DNA of 22,498 bases, taken from UHGV virus genome UHGV-1419557. One strand, written 5' to 3'. The notes under the pieces were generated by a model. The model was not told where the DNA came from. It ran no database searches and saw only the letters and a list, made by a program, of their open reading frames with translations. This document shows, one piece after another, positions 8,348 through 19,056 of this stretch. Position 1 is the first letter of the stretch, and every line of letters starts with the position of its first letter. The translations under genes and the position numbers were made by a program. This stretch comes from a virus.

Positions 8348-9241
8348 ATGGACCAGATGGCAGAAAACACACCAGAAGTTGAAATCGAAACCGACGCGTC
8401 AGAGCAGATTCCTGATGATGTCGAACTGGCTGAAAAAGTCGAAACAGAAGATGGCAGTGAGTCCTCAGGCAATGATGCAGAGGAGGCTACTGAAACTGAT
8501 GACGACGAATCAGAACAGGAATTCTACTTTGGTGACGAAAAGCTGGATTCGCCAACCAGCGAAGATGGCGCTGAGCATGGACTGGTAAAACACCTGCGCA
8601 AGACGATTAAAGAGAAAGACCGCGAGCTGAAAGAGCTGATGCGTCAGTCTCAGAAACCCGTCGAGCAGCAGCCGGTAATCACTCAACCACCGCGAATGCC
8701 AAAACTGGATGATGAGGACATCGGTTTCGATGAAGAAATCTACCAGCAACGCATGGCTAAGTGGGCAGAGGATAATGGCAAGTACCAGCAACAGGAGATG
8801 GCTCGCAAGCAGAAGGAGCAGGAGCTTCAGGCTGCCTATCAAGAGCGATTATCCAAATATCAGCAACGTGTTAAGGCTCTCAAAGTTCCTGGCTATCAGG
8901 AAGCTGAGCAGGCCGTACTCGAGGAAATCCCCATCGAGACACAAAACGCGATCCTGTTTGAGTCAGAGAAGCCGGAAATCGTTGTTCTGGCGCTTGGTCG
9001 CAACGCTGAACTGCGCAAGCAACTGGCAGAAGCTACCAACCCCGTAGCAATTGGTCGTCTGCTGGAACGTATCGAATCGAAGGCCAGAATCATGCCAAAA
9101 GCAAAAACCACGGCAGCCACAACCCCGACGGTTAAGGGGAGCAACGGCGCAGTAATCAACAACCTCGACAAATTGAAAGCCAAGGCGCTGGAAACTGGTG
9201 ACTGGACGCCGTATTTCGCCGCTAAAAAGGCAAAAAAATAA
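8348..9241 (+). CDS. Scaffolding protein (P22 gp8 type)
   Basis: 297 aa, highly acidic N-terminus, charged helical middle, basic C-terminal helix-turn-helix-like end (KAKALETGDWTPYFAAKKAKK). Located between portal and coat. Confidence 0.8.
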   Translation: MDQMAENTPEVEIETDASEQIPDDVELAEKVETEDGSESSGNDAEEATETDDDESEQEFYFGDEKLDSPTSEDGAEHGLVKHLRKTIKEKDRELKELMRQSQKPVEQQPVITQPPRMPKLDDEDIGFDEEIYQQRMAKWAEDNGKYQQQEMARKQKEQELQAAYQERLSKYQQRVKALKVPGYQEAEQAVLEEIPIETQNAILFESEKPEIVVLALGRNAELRKQLAEATNPVAIGRLLERIESKARIMPKAKTTAATTPTVKGSNGAVINNLDKLKAKALETGDWTPYFAAKKAKK

Positions 9242-9259
9242 CCTATTGGAGCATTAAGC

Positions 9260-10513
9260 ATGGCTAACCAATTAGCAAAAGACCTTGAAATCATGTTCGA
9301 AAACTACGTTGAAGGCTTTGAGGCCGCCTGCGTAGTTTCCCGTAACGCTAAAAAATTCCGTCCCGGTGATACAGCAATGCAGCGAGCAGGTGATGTTCTG
9401 TATCGTCCGCAGCATTACCACATGAATATTGAGGAAGGCCTCGACCTCAGCAGCAAAACGCCAACAGCACTGGTTCAGCGCCTTGTTCCTTCAGTGTTCA
9501 AGGAGCCGAAAAACATTCTGTACACTCTGGATGCGCGTGAAATGCGTGATCCGGAACATAAAACTGAAGCTGGTCGCGCCGCAGGTATGCGCCTTGCTGC
9601 ACAGATTGACTCTGACCTGATTTCCATGGTCACGCAGCGTGCTACTAACGTGATCACGATGGCTGACTCAACCGCAGGTACACAGGGCCGTGATTTGTGG
9701 AACTGTGCGGCAGGTATTGATGCCACCATGACGGCGATTGGTGTACCTCAGGGTATCAACCGTCGCTCTTTCTGGAACCCCTTCAACTACAAAGACCTTG
9801 CTGGCGAGCTTGGTCACCGTGCCTATGCTCAGGGCGCAACCCTGACAGCATACGAAAAAGCGCAAATCCCTCCGGTTGCGTCCTTCGATAGCTACAAGAC
9901 CGATATTTCTGGTCGATTACCGAAAGGAAGCACTGAATCCTTGACAGTATCAGGCCAACCTGAACACAAGGTTGAAGCGAAAGATTCAAATGGTATGCCA
10001 GTTGATAACCGACAGGGGACTATTACGGTATCTGCATCTGGCTTGCAGGTTGGTGATGCGTTCACCATTGCCGGTGTGAATTCCGTACACCAGATCACAA
10101 AAGATACCACCGGTCAACCGCAGGTATTCCGTGTTCTGGCTGTTAGCGGAACTACCGTAACAATTTCTCCAAAGATTCTCCCTGTTGAAAATACTGATGT
10201 TGCGAGTCGTCCATATGCAAACGTCGATGCCAAACCGGCAGAATCAGCAGCAATCACCATTCTCAACAAGAACGCAGCACCTGCTAACCTGTTCTGGGCT
10301 GATGGTTCTGTTGAACTGATGTACGGCAAACTGGCGTTCCCAACTGGTCAGGGTCCACAGGTAATGACAGCAACCACCGAGCAGGGCGCTACGCTGATCA
10401 TGTCTTACTCCTTCGACCACATCAAAGGCGTAACCACTGCGCGTTTCACCACTCTGTACGGTTGCTCTGTACTGGTTCCTGAATATACGGGCATCGTTAT
10501 TGCTGGGCAGTAA
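9260..10513 (+). CDS. Major capsid (coat) protein (P22 gp5 type)
   Basis: 417 aa, SD ggag 8 nt upstream, directly after scaffold and followed by a strong terminator. Size and position match P22-like coat proteins. Confidence 0.9.
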   Translation: MANQLAKDLEIMFENYVEGFEAACVVSRNAKKFRPGDTAMQRAGDVLYRPQHYHMNIEEGLDLSSKTPTALVQRLVPSVFKEPKNILYTLDAREMRDPEHKTEAGRAAGMRLAAQIDSDLISMVTQRATNVITMADSTAGTQGRDLWNCAAGIDATMTAIGVPQGINRRSFWNPFNYKDLAGELGHRAYAQGATLTAYEKAQIPPVASFDSYKTDISGRLPKGSTESLTVSGQPEHKVEAKDSNGMPVDNRQGTITVSASGLQVGDAFTIAGVNSVHQITKDTTGQPQVFRVLAVSGTTVTISPKILPVENTDVASRPYANVDAKPAESAAITILNKNAAPANLFWADGSVELMYGKLAFPTGQGPQVMTATTEQGATLIMSYSFDHIKGVTTARFTTLYGCSVLVPEYTGIVIAGQ

Positions 10514-10520
10514 TTTTGGT

Positions 10521-10541
10521 GGGGCTTCGGCCCCATTTTTA
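10521..10541 (+). terminator. Intrinsic terminator/attenuator immediately after coat gene
   Basis: Perfect hairpin ggggc-ttcg-gcccc followed by ATTTTTA. Confidence 0.7.
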
Positions 10542-10554
10542 TTGGGAGAAGACA

Positions 10555-10743
10555 ATGGCACGAACAATGCTCTATAAGCCAGGCAACATGATCACCTGCG
10601 GTCAGTTTGCTGTCGATTACATCATTGTTGATGACGAAGAAGTTAAATCTCACCTGAAAAAAGGTTGGGTAAAAACTCCTGAAGAAACCGCAACGAAGCA
10701 AAAAGTGGCTAAGGCGGAAGAAGATGGCGAAAACGAAGGGTGA
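10555..10743 (+). CDS. Hypothetical small protein (62 aa)
   Basis: SD gggagaag then ATG at 10555. The longer ORF call from 10516 would start inside the terminator hairpin. Overlaps the gp4-like start by 20 nt. Confidence 0.5.
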   Translation: MARTMLYKPGNMITCGQFAVDYIIVDDEEVKSHLKKGWVKTPEETATKQKVAKAEEDGENEG

Positions 10744-11185
10744 TCTCGTTCTAAAGGCTTTACGAAAAGCCGGGCTGTATTCCAATGCCACGTTGACAGA
10801 TGCTGACCCTCAGGCAATTGAAGATGCCATTAATGACCTCGAAGACATGATGGCAGCATGGCAGGCGAAAGGTATCGAGCTTGGGTATCAGTTTGCTGAT
10901 ACAGAAAACGGCATCATGCCGTTACCTGACGATGATTCAGGCATCCCTGCATGGGCAAATGATGGCGTCGCTTTGAAACTCGCTGTGCAAGTGTGCATGG
11001 ATAACGTCATTCAGCCGTCAGACGCTCTCCTTACCGCTGCTGACAGTGCATATCAGACAATCTGTATCGCTTTAACCAAAATACCACCACTTGAGCGGCG
11101 AAATGACATGCCTCGCGGTAGTGGTAACAAAAGCGCGTTTACGTGGAATCGGTTTTACATCGAGAAAGATGATCCGAGTACGTGA
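10724..11185 (+). CDS. Head completion / packaged-DNA stabilisation protein, P22 gp4-like
   Basis: 153 aa in the position of P22 gene 4 (after coat, before gp10). Confidence 0.75.
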   Translation: MAKTKGDLVLKALRKAGLYSNATLTDADPQAIEDAINDLEDMMAAWQAKGIELGYQFADTENGIMPLPDDDSGIPAWANDGVALKLAVQVCMDNVIQPSDALLTAADSAYQTICIALTKIPPLERRNDMPRGSGNKSAFTWNRFYIEKDDPST

Positions 11186-11194
11186 GGTGAATAA

Positions 11195-12613
11195 ATGCCG
11201 ATTCAGCAACTTCCGCTTATGAAAGGTGTCGGCAAAGACTTTCGAAACGCCGACTATATCGACTATCTGCCAGTGAATATGTTGGCTACGCCCAAAGAAA
11301 TCCTGAACAGCAGCGGATATCTTCGCTCATTCCCGGGCATTGCCAAACGTTCTGATGTGAATGGTATATCGCGCGGCGTCGAGTACAACATGGCGCAGAG
11401 TGCTGTTTATCGCGTGTGTGGCGGCAAGCTGTACAAAGGAGAAAGCGAAGTCGGTGACGTCGCCGGAAGTGGTCGCGTATCAATGGCGCATGGTCGAACA
11501 TCACAGGCTGTAGGCGTTAATGGTCAACTGGTCGAGTATCGTTATGATGGCACGGTTAAAACCGTCTCAAACTGGCCTACAGACAGTGGATTCACGCAGT
11601 ATGAGTTAGGTTCAGTTCGCGACATTACTCGCTTACGTGGGCGTTATGCGTGGTCAAAAGACGGAACTGATTCATGGTTTATCACTGACCTTGAAGACGA
11701 ATCGCACCCTGACCGATACAGTGCACAATATCGCGCAGAATCGCAGCCGGACGGCATCATCGGTATCGGGACATGGCGAGACTTCATCGTCTGCTTTGGT
11801 TCATCGACTATTGAATATTTCTCCCTGACTGGCGCAACCACCGTTGGTGCTGCTTTGTATGTCGCACAGCCATCACTGATGGTGCAAAAAGGCATCGCCG
11901 GAACCTATTGCAAAACGCCATTCGCTGATTCCTATGCGTTCATCAGCAATCCGGCAACAGGTGCGCCGTCTGTATACATCATCGGTTCCGGGCAGGTGTC
12001 ACCAATCGCCAGCGCGAGCATTGAGAAAATTCTTCGCTCCTACACTGCTGATGAACTGGCTGATGGTGTGATGGAGTCTCTGCGATTTGATGCGCATGAG
12101 CTGCTGATTATCCATCTTCCGCGCCATGTCCTCGTATACGACGCATCTTCAAGCGCCAATGCTCCGCAATGGTGTGTACTGAAAACAGGTCTGTATGACG
12201 ATGTGTACCGCGCTATCGACTTCATTTACGAAGGCAATCAGATAACGTGCGGCGATAAGCTGGAGTCCGTGACCGGGAAATTGCAATTCGACATCAGCAG
12301 CCAGTACGACAAGCAACAGGAGCATCTGCTGTTTACTCCTCTGTTCAAAGCGGATAACGCCAGAGTTTTCGACCTTGAAGTTGAATCTTCAACTGGCGTT
12401 GCGCAGTACGCCGACCGCCTTTTTCTCTCTGCAACCACTGACGGCATCAATTACGGTCGTGAGCAGATGATTGAGCAGAATGAACCGTTTGTTTACGACA
12501 AACGCGTTTTGTGGAAGCGAGTCGGGCGCATCAGGAAAAATGTCGGCTTCAAATTGCGCGTTATCACGAAGTCACCTGTCACTCTGTCTGGCTGCCAGAT
12601 AAGGATCGAGTAA
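11195..12613 (+). CDS. Head completion / tail adaptor protein, P22 gp10-like
   Basis: 472 aa, the same length recalled for P22 gp10. Immediately precedes the tail needle gene with overlapping stop/start. Confidence 0.85.
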   Translation: MPIQQLPLMKGVGKDFRNADYIDYLPVNMLATPKEILNSSGYLRSFPGIAKRSDVNGISRGVEYNMAQSAVYRVCGGKLYKGESEVGDVAGSGRVSMAHGRTSQAVGVNGQLVEYRYDGTVKTVSNWPTDSGFTQYELGSVRDITRLRGRYAWSKDGTDSWFITDLEDESHPDRYSAQYRAESQPDGIIGIGTWRDFIVCFGSSTIEYFSLTGATTVGAALYVAQPSLMVQKGIAGTYCKTPFADSYAFISNPATGAPSVYIIGSGQVSPIASASIEKILRSYTADELADGVMESLRFDAHELLIIHLPRHVLVYDASSSANAPQWCVLKTGLYDDVYRAIDFIYEGNQITCGDKLESVTGKLQFDISSQYDKQQEHLLFTPLFKADNARVFDLEVESSTGVAQYADRLFLSATTDGINYGREQMIEQNEPFVYDKRVLWKRVGRIRKNVGFKLRVITKSPVTLSGCQIRIE

Positions 12614-13314
12614 TGGCTGATTCGAATCTCAACACCCCTGTTATTGTGCAGGCGACGCGGCTCGATACATCAATCCTTCCACGCAATATATTCAGCCAGT
12701 CTTACCTGCTGTATGTCATTAATCAGGGGGCTGATGTCGGCGCAATTGCCGGGAAAGCAAATCAGGCTGGTCAGGGCGCTTACGATGCTCAGGTGAAAAA
12801 CGATGAACAGGATGTCGAACTGGCTGACCACGATGCAAGAATCACCGCAAACACAAAAGCGATAAATCTCCTTGAGGTCAGGTTAACAACCGCCGAAGGG
12901 AAGATAGTTGTACTGCGTAGCGATGTTGATTACTTGCTGGATGAGGTTATCGATATTCAGGCGCATCTGGTCACTGTTGACCAAAGACTGGATGGCGTAG
13001 AAAGCGATATATCTGACATTAAGAGTGATTACGTATCGAAAACCGTAACAGAATCGCAGTCTCTTGCGTCACCGCTGGATGTAAAAACATCATATTCAGT
13101 TGATGGAATTCAGGTCGTTGGAGCAAGGCAGACCGGATGGACAGCGGCCACAGGCACACCACTTCTTGGCTCATTCAACGCTAACCAGTCATACACGGTC
13201 GGCACTACGTACACACAATCCGAAGTCGCAGCTATCGCTACAGGTTTGGAGCAGGCGCGGCAGCGTATTCTGGCGCTTGAAACAGCACTTAGATTACATG
13301 GGCTGATTGACTGA
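12613..13314 (+). CDS. Tail needle protein, P22 gp26-like
   Basis: 233 aa from ATG 12613 (overlaps gp10 stop). [77 protein letters not shown]... and C-terminal [13 protein letters not shown] match recalled P22 gp26. Confidence 0.9.
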   Translation: MADSNLNTPVIVQATRLDTSILPRNIFSQSYLLYVINQGADVGAIAGKANQAGQGAYDAQVKNDEQDVELADHDARITANTKAINLLEVRLTTAEGKIVVLRSDVDYLLDEVIDIQAHLVTVDQRLDGVESDISDIKSDYVSKTVTESQSLASPLDVKTSYSVDGIQVVGARQTGWTAATGTPLLGSFNANQSYTVGTTYTQSEVAAIATGLEQARQRILALETALRLHGLID

Positions 13315-13769
13315 TGATTACATTCAAACCAACGCGAAACATCGACCTGATCGAAGCAGTAGGAAATCACCCTGACATCATCGCCGGGAGCAACAACGGT
13401 GATGGATACGACTACAAACCTGATTGCCGTTACTTTGAGGTGAACGTGCACGGTCAGTTTGGCGGCATTGTTTACTATCAGGAGATTCAGCCGCTTACAT
13501 TCGATTGCCACGCCATGTACCTGCCAGAGATTCGCGGCTTCAGCAAGGAAATAGGGCTGGCGTTCTGGCGATACATTCTGACCAACACCACCGTTCAGTG
13601 CGTCACATCATTTGCTGCACGCAAATTCCGCCACGGGCAGATGTACTGCGCAATGATTGGCCTTAAGCGTGTAGGAACCATCAAGAAATACTTCAAAGGC
13701 GTGGATGACGTGACGTTTTACAGCGCCACACGCGAAGAACTAATCGACTTCCTGAATCACGGGAGATAG
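13314..13769 (+). CDS. Virion-associated protein at the P22 gene 14 position (assignment positional only)
   Basis: 151 aa between needle and gp7, start overlapping the needle stop. No sequence motif recognised. Confidence 0.5.
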   Translation: MITFKPTRNIDLIEAVGNHPDIIAGSNNGDGYDYKPDCRYFEVNVHGQFGGIVYYQEIQPLTFDCHAMYLPEIRGFSKEIGLAFWRYILTNTTVQCVTSFAARKFRHGQMYCAMIGLKRVGTIKKYFKGVDDVTFYSATREELIDFLNHGR

Positions 13770-13771
13770 CC

Positions 13772-14464
13772 ATGTTATATGCATTTACGCTGGGCAGAAA
13801 ACTGCGCGGCGAGGAACCTTATTACCCTGAAAAAGGCGGGAAAGGTGGCAGTTCTGATAAAAGCGCAAAGTATGCAGCAGAAGCTCAGAAGTATGCCGCA
13901 GACCTGCAAAATCAGCAGTTCAACACCATCATGAACAACCTGAAGCTGTTTACTCCTCTGGCTGGGAAGTATGTCGGCAGCCTTGAGAACTTATCGTCTC
14001 TGGAAGGGCAAGGTCAGGCACTTAACCAGTATTACAACTCTCAGCAGTATAAAGACCTTGCAGGTCAGGCTCGCTATCAGAGTCTGGCGGCAGCGGAAGC
14101 AACAGGTGGATTGGGTTCCACCGCAACCAGTAATCAGTTAGCAACAATCGCACCAACGCTTGGTCAGCAATGGCTATCTGGACAAATGAACAATTACAAC
14201 AACCTGGCAAATATCGGTCTTGGCGCTCTTCAGGGGCAGGCAAACGCCGGGCAAACATATGCCAACAACATGAGTCAGATTTCACAGCAAAGCGCGGCTC
14301 TTGCAGCGGCAAACGCCAACCGACCGTCAGCATTGCAGCAGGGTGTTAGTGGTGCTGCATCCGGTGCGCTTTTGGGTGGTGGCATAGCCAGTGCTCTCGA
14401 GCTATCAACTCCGTGGGGTGCTGGTATCGGTGCTGGTCTTGGTCTGCTTGGCTCGTTGTTTTAA
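13772..14464 (+). CDS. Ejection (injection) protein, P22 gp7-like
   Basis: 230 aa, Q/N/A/G-rich low-complexity body with Gly-rich hydrophobic C-terminus. Position and composition match gp7. Confidence 0.85.
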   Translation: MLYAFTLGRKLRGEEPYYPEKGGKGGSSDKSAKYAAEAQKYAADLQNQQFNTIMNNLKLFTPLAGKYVGSLENLSSLEGQGQALNQYYNSQQYKDLAGQARYQSLAAAEATGGLGSTATSNQLATIAPTLGQQWLSGQMNNYNNLANIGLGALQGQANAGQTYANNMSQISQQSAALAAANANRPSALQQGVSGAASGALLGGGIASALELSTPWGAGIGAGLGLLGSLF

Positions 14465-14474
14465 GGGGTAATCA

Positions 14475-15926
14475 ATGGCTACGTGGCAACAGGGTATTAA
14501 TTCTGGTGGGTTTCTGGCTGGCATCGGTACGCAAAATGAGAATGCGCCAAAGGCAAGCGACATTAACGCAACGCTTGGTCTGATCCGCGAAAACAATGAA
14601 CTGGCTCGATCAGGTGCAAATAACGTTGCTCTGACAGGTCTTCGTGGTCTGGCTGGAGTTGCTGATATTTATAAGCAGCAGCAAAAGCAGGAGCGTAAAG
14701 CGGCATTCCAGAAAGGTTATGCGGATGCTTATGCGTCCGGCGACAGGGAGCAGATGCGTAATCTTATTACAGCATTCCCCGAAGAGTTTGAGGAAGTCCG
14801 TAAAGGCATGGGGTATGTCGATGACGCCCAGCGGGATGATTTTGGCAATCTGGCGCTTAAGGCTCAGGTCGCTTCGTCGCTTGGTCCGGGTGCATTTGGC
14901 AGGTTCATGATGGATAACGAAAAGGAGATGCGTCGTTTAGGTATCCCTCCAGAAACTATTGCGGAAATGCAGGTTAATGACCCGCAGGGCTTCCAGCACT
15001 TCGCAGGTAATCTGGCACTATTTTCTCTCGGTCATGAGAAGTATTTCGATATCAAAGATCAAATGGAAGGTCGGGATATTGAGCGTGGCAAGTTGGCAGA
15101 GACGATTCGCAGCAATAAAGCTGGGGAAGGTTTAAAGGCGCAAAGCATTGCTGTTAGCCGTGAAAACTCCCTGCGCACTGCTGGAGGTGCTGTTCCTGCA
15201 TCTGTTAAAGAATATCAATATTTCAACAGCCTGTCTCCAGAGCAACAAAAGACATATCTTCGTGTTCGAGGTCGTCCTGATGCTGGCGGGGAGAATGTTG
15301 TGCAACTGGCAGATGGCAGAACGGTAACGGTTGGTAGGAAGCTTCACGGCGCTGGTGCTAATGCGTTCTACGAAGGAATAGACAACGAGGGCAATATGAT
15401 TCGCGTCCCCGCCAGTTCTATTGCTGCTCCGGCTACATCGGCAGCTAATGCACAGAATTACGAAATGAAGAAAGATCTTGATGCAATTTCTGGCGCATCA
15501 ATTGACGATCTTGGCTTCATGACAGGTATTACAGGTTCTTCAGGTTCTTTTGCTCTTGGTGCAGATATTCGTAGCAGGGCATCTGGTGTTGAGGAGAGGA
15601 GGCTATACAACGCTGCACAGCGAATCATGGGCAAAATGCAAAATCAGGGGATTGCAGCAGCCCGAGATATGGGGGCATCTGGCATCAACACCGAAGCAGA
15701 GGCCAATAGGTATTTTCAGGGTATGCCAAAGCCTGATTTCTCAAGTCCTGAAGCGCTGCAACAATCAATGCGCGACATTCAGCAATATACCGACAATTAC
15801 AACCAGCAATATAACGTTAATGTTGGTAATGGCGGGAAGAAATCATCAAGGCAACAGCCAGCTACTCAGCAATCAGCAGGAGGTAGCTACACGTCAAAAT
15901 CAGGCATTCAATTTACGGTGGAATGA
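14475..15926 (+). CDS. Ejection protein, P22 gp20-like
   Basis: 483 aa following gp7; size and order match P22 gene 20. Confidence 0.85.
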   Translation: MATWQQGINSGGFLAGIGTQNENAPKASDINATLGLIRENNELARSGANNVALTGLRGLAGVADIYKQQQKQERKAAFQKGYADAYASGDREQMRNLITAFPEEFEEVRKGMGYVDDAQRDDFGNLALKAQVASSLGPGAFGRFMMDNEKEMRRLGIPPETIAEMQVNDPQGFQHFAGNLALFSLGHEKYFDIKDQMEGRDIERGKLAETIRSNKAGEGLKAQSIAVSRENSLRTAGGAVPASVKEYQYFNSLSPEQQKTYLRVRGRPDAGGENVVQLADGRTVTVGRKLHGAGANAFYEGIDNEGNMIRVPASSIAAPATSAANAQNYEMKKDLDAISGASIDDLGFMTGITGSSGSFALGADIRSRASGVEERRLYNAAQRIMGKMQNQGIAAARDMGASGINTEAEANRYFQGMPKPDFSSPEALQQSMRDIQQYTDNYNQQYNVNVGNGGKKSSRQQPATQQSAGGSYTSKSGIQFTVE

Positions 15927-17938
15927 TGAAAGTAACTGCAAATGGTAAGACATTTACCTTTCCTGATGGTACGAGCACGGAAGATATTGGGTCCGCCATT
16001 GATGAGTATTTTGCTGGTCAGTCAGCGCCAACACAACAAGGTGTTCAGCAATCGCCAGCAGACAACTCACTTGCATCAGGATATGCACAGCTTGCCACTC
16101 AGCAGAAGGAAGGACTAGATCGCTCTGCTGAGCAAGGGGCTGTTTTAGGTGCTGCAATGCGCGATGCCGTTACCGGTGAAAGCCGAATGACACCAGAAAT
16201 GGAGAGACTGCAAAATGTTGGGGCTGCCCCTGAGTTGAACTCACTAAGCATGGATGCCCTGAAGGCTGGATGGTCTCAACTTTTCGGCTCCGACGCGTCT
16301 CAGGAAAAGATTCTTCAGAGTATGGGGGCGAAATTAAGGCAGGATGAGAAGGGTAACACTATCGTTTCCCTGCCATCCGGTGATTATGCCCTGAACAAGC
16401 CAGGTTTATCACCGCAAGACCTGACTTCGTTTCTTGCTAATGCGTTAGCGTTCACACCAGCGGGCAGGGCTGGAACGGTGCTTGGTGCCATAGGGAAATC
16501 AGCTGCTACAGATTTAGCACTACAGGGTGGCACCAGCCTTGCTGGCGGAGAAGATATTGATCCTGCACAAACGGTAATTTCTGCTGGCATTGGTGGTGTT
16601 GGCAAGGGGCTGGAAAATACAGTTAGTGCGGTTTCCAGGGCTGTTCGCGGTGAGATGTCACCGGAAGCAAAGGCTGCTGTCGATTTTGCGTCGGAAAGAA
16701 ACCTGCCGTTAATGACCAGTGACACGCTGAAAGATAAAACCTTTATGCAGAGTCAGGCTCAGACATTAGGCGAAAGAGTTCCTTTTTTTGGAACCGGTAA
16801 GAATCGGCTGAATCAACAACAAGCACGAGAAAATTTAGTCAGAACATTTAGCGATGGTCTGGGTGGCATTTCTGATAAACAGCTTTATGAATCTGCGACT
16901 AAAGGGCAACAAAAATTCATTGAGGCAGCAGGAAAGCGATATAACCGCATAATTGACGCTATGGGGGATACCCCTGTCGATCTCTCAAACACGGTAAAAG
17001 CTATCGACAATCAGATTGCCGTGTTAAGCCGCCCGGGCAAATCTCAGGATAGAGCCGCGGTAAAAGTCTTGCAGCAATTTAAAGACGATATCACCAGCGG
17101 ACCCAATGACCTGCGTCTGGCGAGAGAAAACAGAACTGACCTTCGAAAGCGGTTCATGAATTCAAACGAGACTGTTGATAAAGACACGCTCCAGAAAGCC
17201 AGCGATATTGTCTACAAGGCATATACAGCGGATATGAAAAAAGCAGTATCCCAAAAACTAGGCTCAGAAGAAGCTGCCAATATGTCTAGGGTTGATCGCT
17301 CATGGGCTAGATTCAATGACATGATGAGAAGAACGCGCGTTCAAAAGGCAATAGCCAGCGGCAAGGCTACACCTGAGGATGTAACAAAACTCGTTTTTAG
17401 CCAAAACCCATCAGAACGTTCTCAGCTTTACAGGCTTCTGGATGACAATGGTAGGCAAAACGCACGAGCAGCCATAGTTCAGAATGCTGTAGATAAGGCG
17501 ACTGATCCGTCTGGAAATATTAGTGTTGAAAAGTTTATTAATGCGTTACACCGGAACAGGAAGCAATCAGCAACTTTCTTTAAAGGCGTACATGGAAAGG
17601 AACTGGACGGCGTTATTAAATACCTCAACGATACAAGACACGCGGCAAAAGCGAACGTTCAAAACTTAAATGGTCAGCAGCTTTATGGATTGTTAGTTGG
17701 TGGTGGCATCATAAACGCAGCAGTATTAGCGGGGATGCTAAAAACGGCTGCGTTTGTTGTTCCTGCTGCTGGTGTCGTAGGAGGAGCTGCGAAGGCATAC
17801 GAAAGCCCTGTTATACGAAATGCCTTGTTACGTCTGGCAAATACGCCAAAAGGTAGCACAGCATATGACAGAGCGATCAGTACGGTCACACAATCGCTCA
17901 CCAGAGTCGCACAGGCATCACAAAAAGAAGCTCAATAA
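15923..17938 (+). CDS. Ejection protein, P22 gp16-like
   Basis: 671 aa, ATGA overlap with gp20, Gly/Ala-rich hydrophobic segment near the C-terminus. Last gene of the ejection cluster. Confidence 0.85.
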   Translation: MMKVTANGKTFTFPDGTSTEDIGSAIDEYFAGQSAPTQQGVQQSPADNSLASGYAQLATQQKEGLDRSAEQGAVLGAAMRDAVTGESRMTPEMERLQNVGAAPELNSLSMDALKAGWSQLFGSDASQEKILQSMGAKLRQDEKGNTIVSLPSGDYALNKPGLSPQDLTSFLANALAFTPAGRAGTVLGAIGKSAATDLALQGGTSLAGGEDIDPAQTVISAGIGGVGKGLENTVSAVSRAVRGEMSPEAKAAVDFASERNLPLMTSDTLKDKTFMQSQAQTLGERVPFFGTGKNRLNQQQARENLVRTFSDGLGGISDKQLYESATKGQQKFIEAAGKRYNRIIDAMGDTPVDLSNTVKAIDNQIAVLSRPGKSQDRAAVKVLQQFKDDITSGPNDLRLARENRTDLRKRFMNSNETVDKDTLQKASDIVYKAYTADMKKAVSQKLGSEEAANMSRVDRSWARFNDMMRRTRVQKAIASGKATPEDVTKLVFSQNPSERSQLYRLLDDNGRQNARAAIVQNAVDKATDPSGNISVEKFINALHRNRKQSATFFKGVHGKELDGVIKYLNDTRHAAKANVQNLNGQQLYGLLVGGGIINAAVLAGMLKTAAFVVPAAGVVGGAAKAYESPVIRNALLRLANTPKGSTAYDRAISTVTQSLTRVAQASQKEAQ

Positions 17939-17943
17939 CTGGC

Positions 17944-17972
17944 AGCCACGGATGGCTAATTTTTATTCTTTG
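17944..17972 (+). terminator. Weak intrinsic terminator after gene 16
   Basis: 5-bp stem agcca / tggct with cgga loop, followed by AATTTTTATTCTTT. Confidence 0.3.
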
Positions 17973-18306
17973 ATCTCGTCCACAGGTAAAGAAGAGCAAT
18001 GGCAAGACAGGAAACAGAGAATAGATAACCTACCTCATATGGTGCGCCAAAAAAATTAGCTATTGATACGGGCAAAAAAGCCGAAGCGATCAGAATTGAA
18101 AGGCAAAAAATAAGCCCAGTAACATAGTTTATTAAACTCTTAAATGAGAAACGTTTTGCTTGATTTACGGTCTCAGCGAGTGATCGCTTAACGATGGATA
18201 AAAGCAAATAGATGGCGACAGTAGCTAATGCCCCTTTCCACCAGTCTGGATATAGTTTTGCGACAATCAGCCCAAGGAAAACCATGATGACAGACTGAGC
18301 ATTCAC
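17956..18306 (-). CDS. Small integral membrane protein (about 4 TM helices), function unknown; candidate superinfection-exclusion-type moron
   Basis: 116 aa with four hydrophobic segments. GTG start with SD aaggagg 5 nt upstream. Convergent with gene 16, divergent from the adjacent + strand operon. AT-rich. Confidence 0.6.
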   Translation of the reverse strand: MNAQSVIMVFLGLIVAKLYPDWWKGALATVAIYLLLSIVKRSLAETVNQAKRFSFKSLINYVTGLIFCLSILIASAFLPVSIANFFGAPYEVGYLFSVSCLAIALLYLWTRSKNKN

Positions 18307-18385
18307 ACCAACCTCCTTAGTTTTGCGCAGGATACCAGATGATGTATAGGAGTGGGAGTAAAGTTAGTCGGTGATAGAACGGTGG

Positions 18386-18414
18386 TTGCATAATGATATC
18401 ACGTGACGTAAACT
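18386..18414 (+). promoter_or_regulatory. Candidate promoter for the two-gene operon, with embedded palindrome TCACGTGA
   Basis: TTGCAT (18386-18391), 17-bp spacer, TAAACT (18409-18414). Perfect 8-bp palindrome TCACGTGA (18399-18406) lies inside the spacer. Confidence 0.3.
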
Positions 18415-18481
18415 TATTGCGCATAGCGTGTATTCAATGGATGCATAGCTATTGATAATCTCCGATAAGAAGGAGGTTTGT

Positions 18482-19048
18482 ATGAGCAATGAGACTAATG
18501 GGATTGATGAAATGTTTAGCTTGAACGCTGCCAAAGCTGGAGTCGCAATAGGTTTGCTATTACAGCAAGCTTCTGCGTTCAGTTGTGAGGTGGTTGTTAC
18601 TGATAACGTTCAGCACGCTTACCATCAATCCTCATTCAGCAGTGAACGGGCTAATGATGAGCTTCATGAGGCGGTGTCTTCGATTAAAGAATTGTCTCGA
18701 ATGCTGAAATACGCTTATCGTGTTCTTGCAAACGCTACCGATGAGAATGTAGACAATGTGTTGTCTATCATTGAACCAGAAAAGTCTCGATTGATAGAGC
18801 ATCAATTGAGAGGACTTGAAGGGGCAATGAAATCGGTATTCAAAGAAGCTTCTGCTGATTTTAAAGAGATCGCAAGAGATATCTATATCGTTGTTGCTGA
18901 TGCCAGATCTGCCGTAACCAACCTGAATAGTCTTATTAAACAACGCTCATGTGTTCCGGTTGTTTTTGATAGTTCCGTAGATATGGCTGGTTTGCGTGCG
19001 CTTGCTGAGCACGGGACTCGTGTGTTTCACTCTGGTAACTTCCACTGA
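18482..19048 (+). CDS. Hypothetical protein (188 aa), first gene of a two-gene operon; candidate partner/antitoxin of the downstream YafO-like protein
   Basis: Strong SD aaggagg 6-7 nt upstream of ATG 18482. Stop is 8 nt before the next start, whose SD lies across this stop. No recognised domain. Confidence 0.65.
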   Translation: MSNETNGIDEMFSLNAAKAGVAIGLLLQQASAFSCEVVVTDNVQHAYHQSSFSSERANDELHEAVSSIKELSRMLKYAYRVLANATDENVDNVLSIIEPEKSRLIEHQLRGLEGAMKSVFKEASADFKEIARDIYIVVADARSAVTNLNSLIKQRSCVPVVFDSSVDMAGLRALAEHGTRVFHSGNFH

Positions 19049-19056
19049 GGTAAAAC

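Noticed and set aside
8379-9294. Alternative-frame and - strand ORFs overlapping the scaffold gene
   Set aside because: The scaffold frame has the expected acidic N-terminus and basic helical C-terminus; the alternatives are low-complexity artefacts of the biased sequence.
12511-12612. Upstream extension of the tail needle ORF
   Set aside because: True start is ATG 12613, which matches the recalled gp26 N-terminus (MADSNLN...); the extension is the gp10 3-prime end read in another frame.
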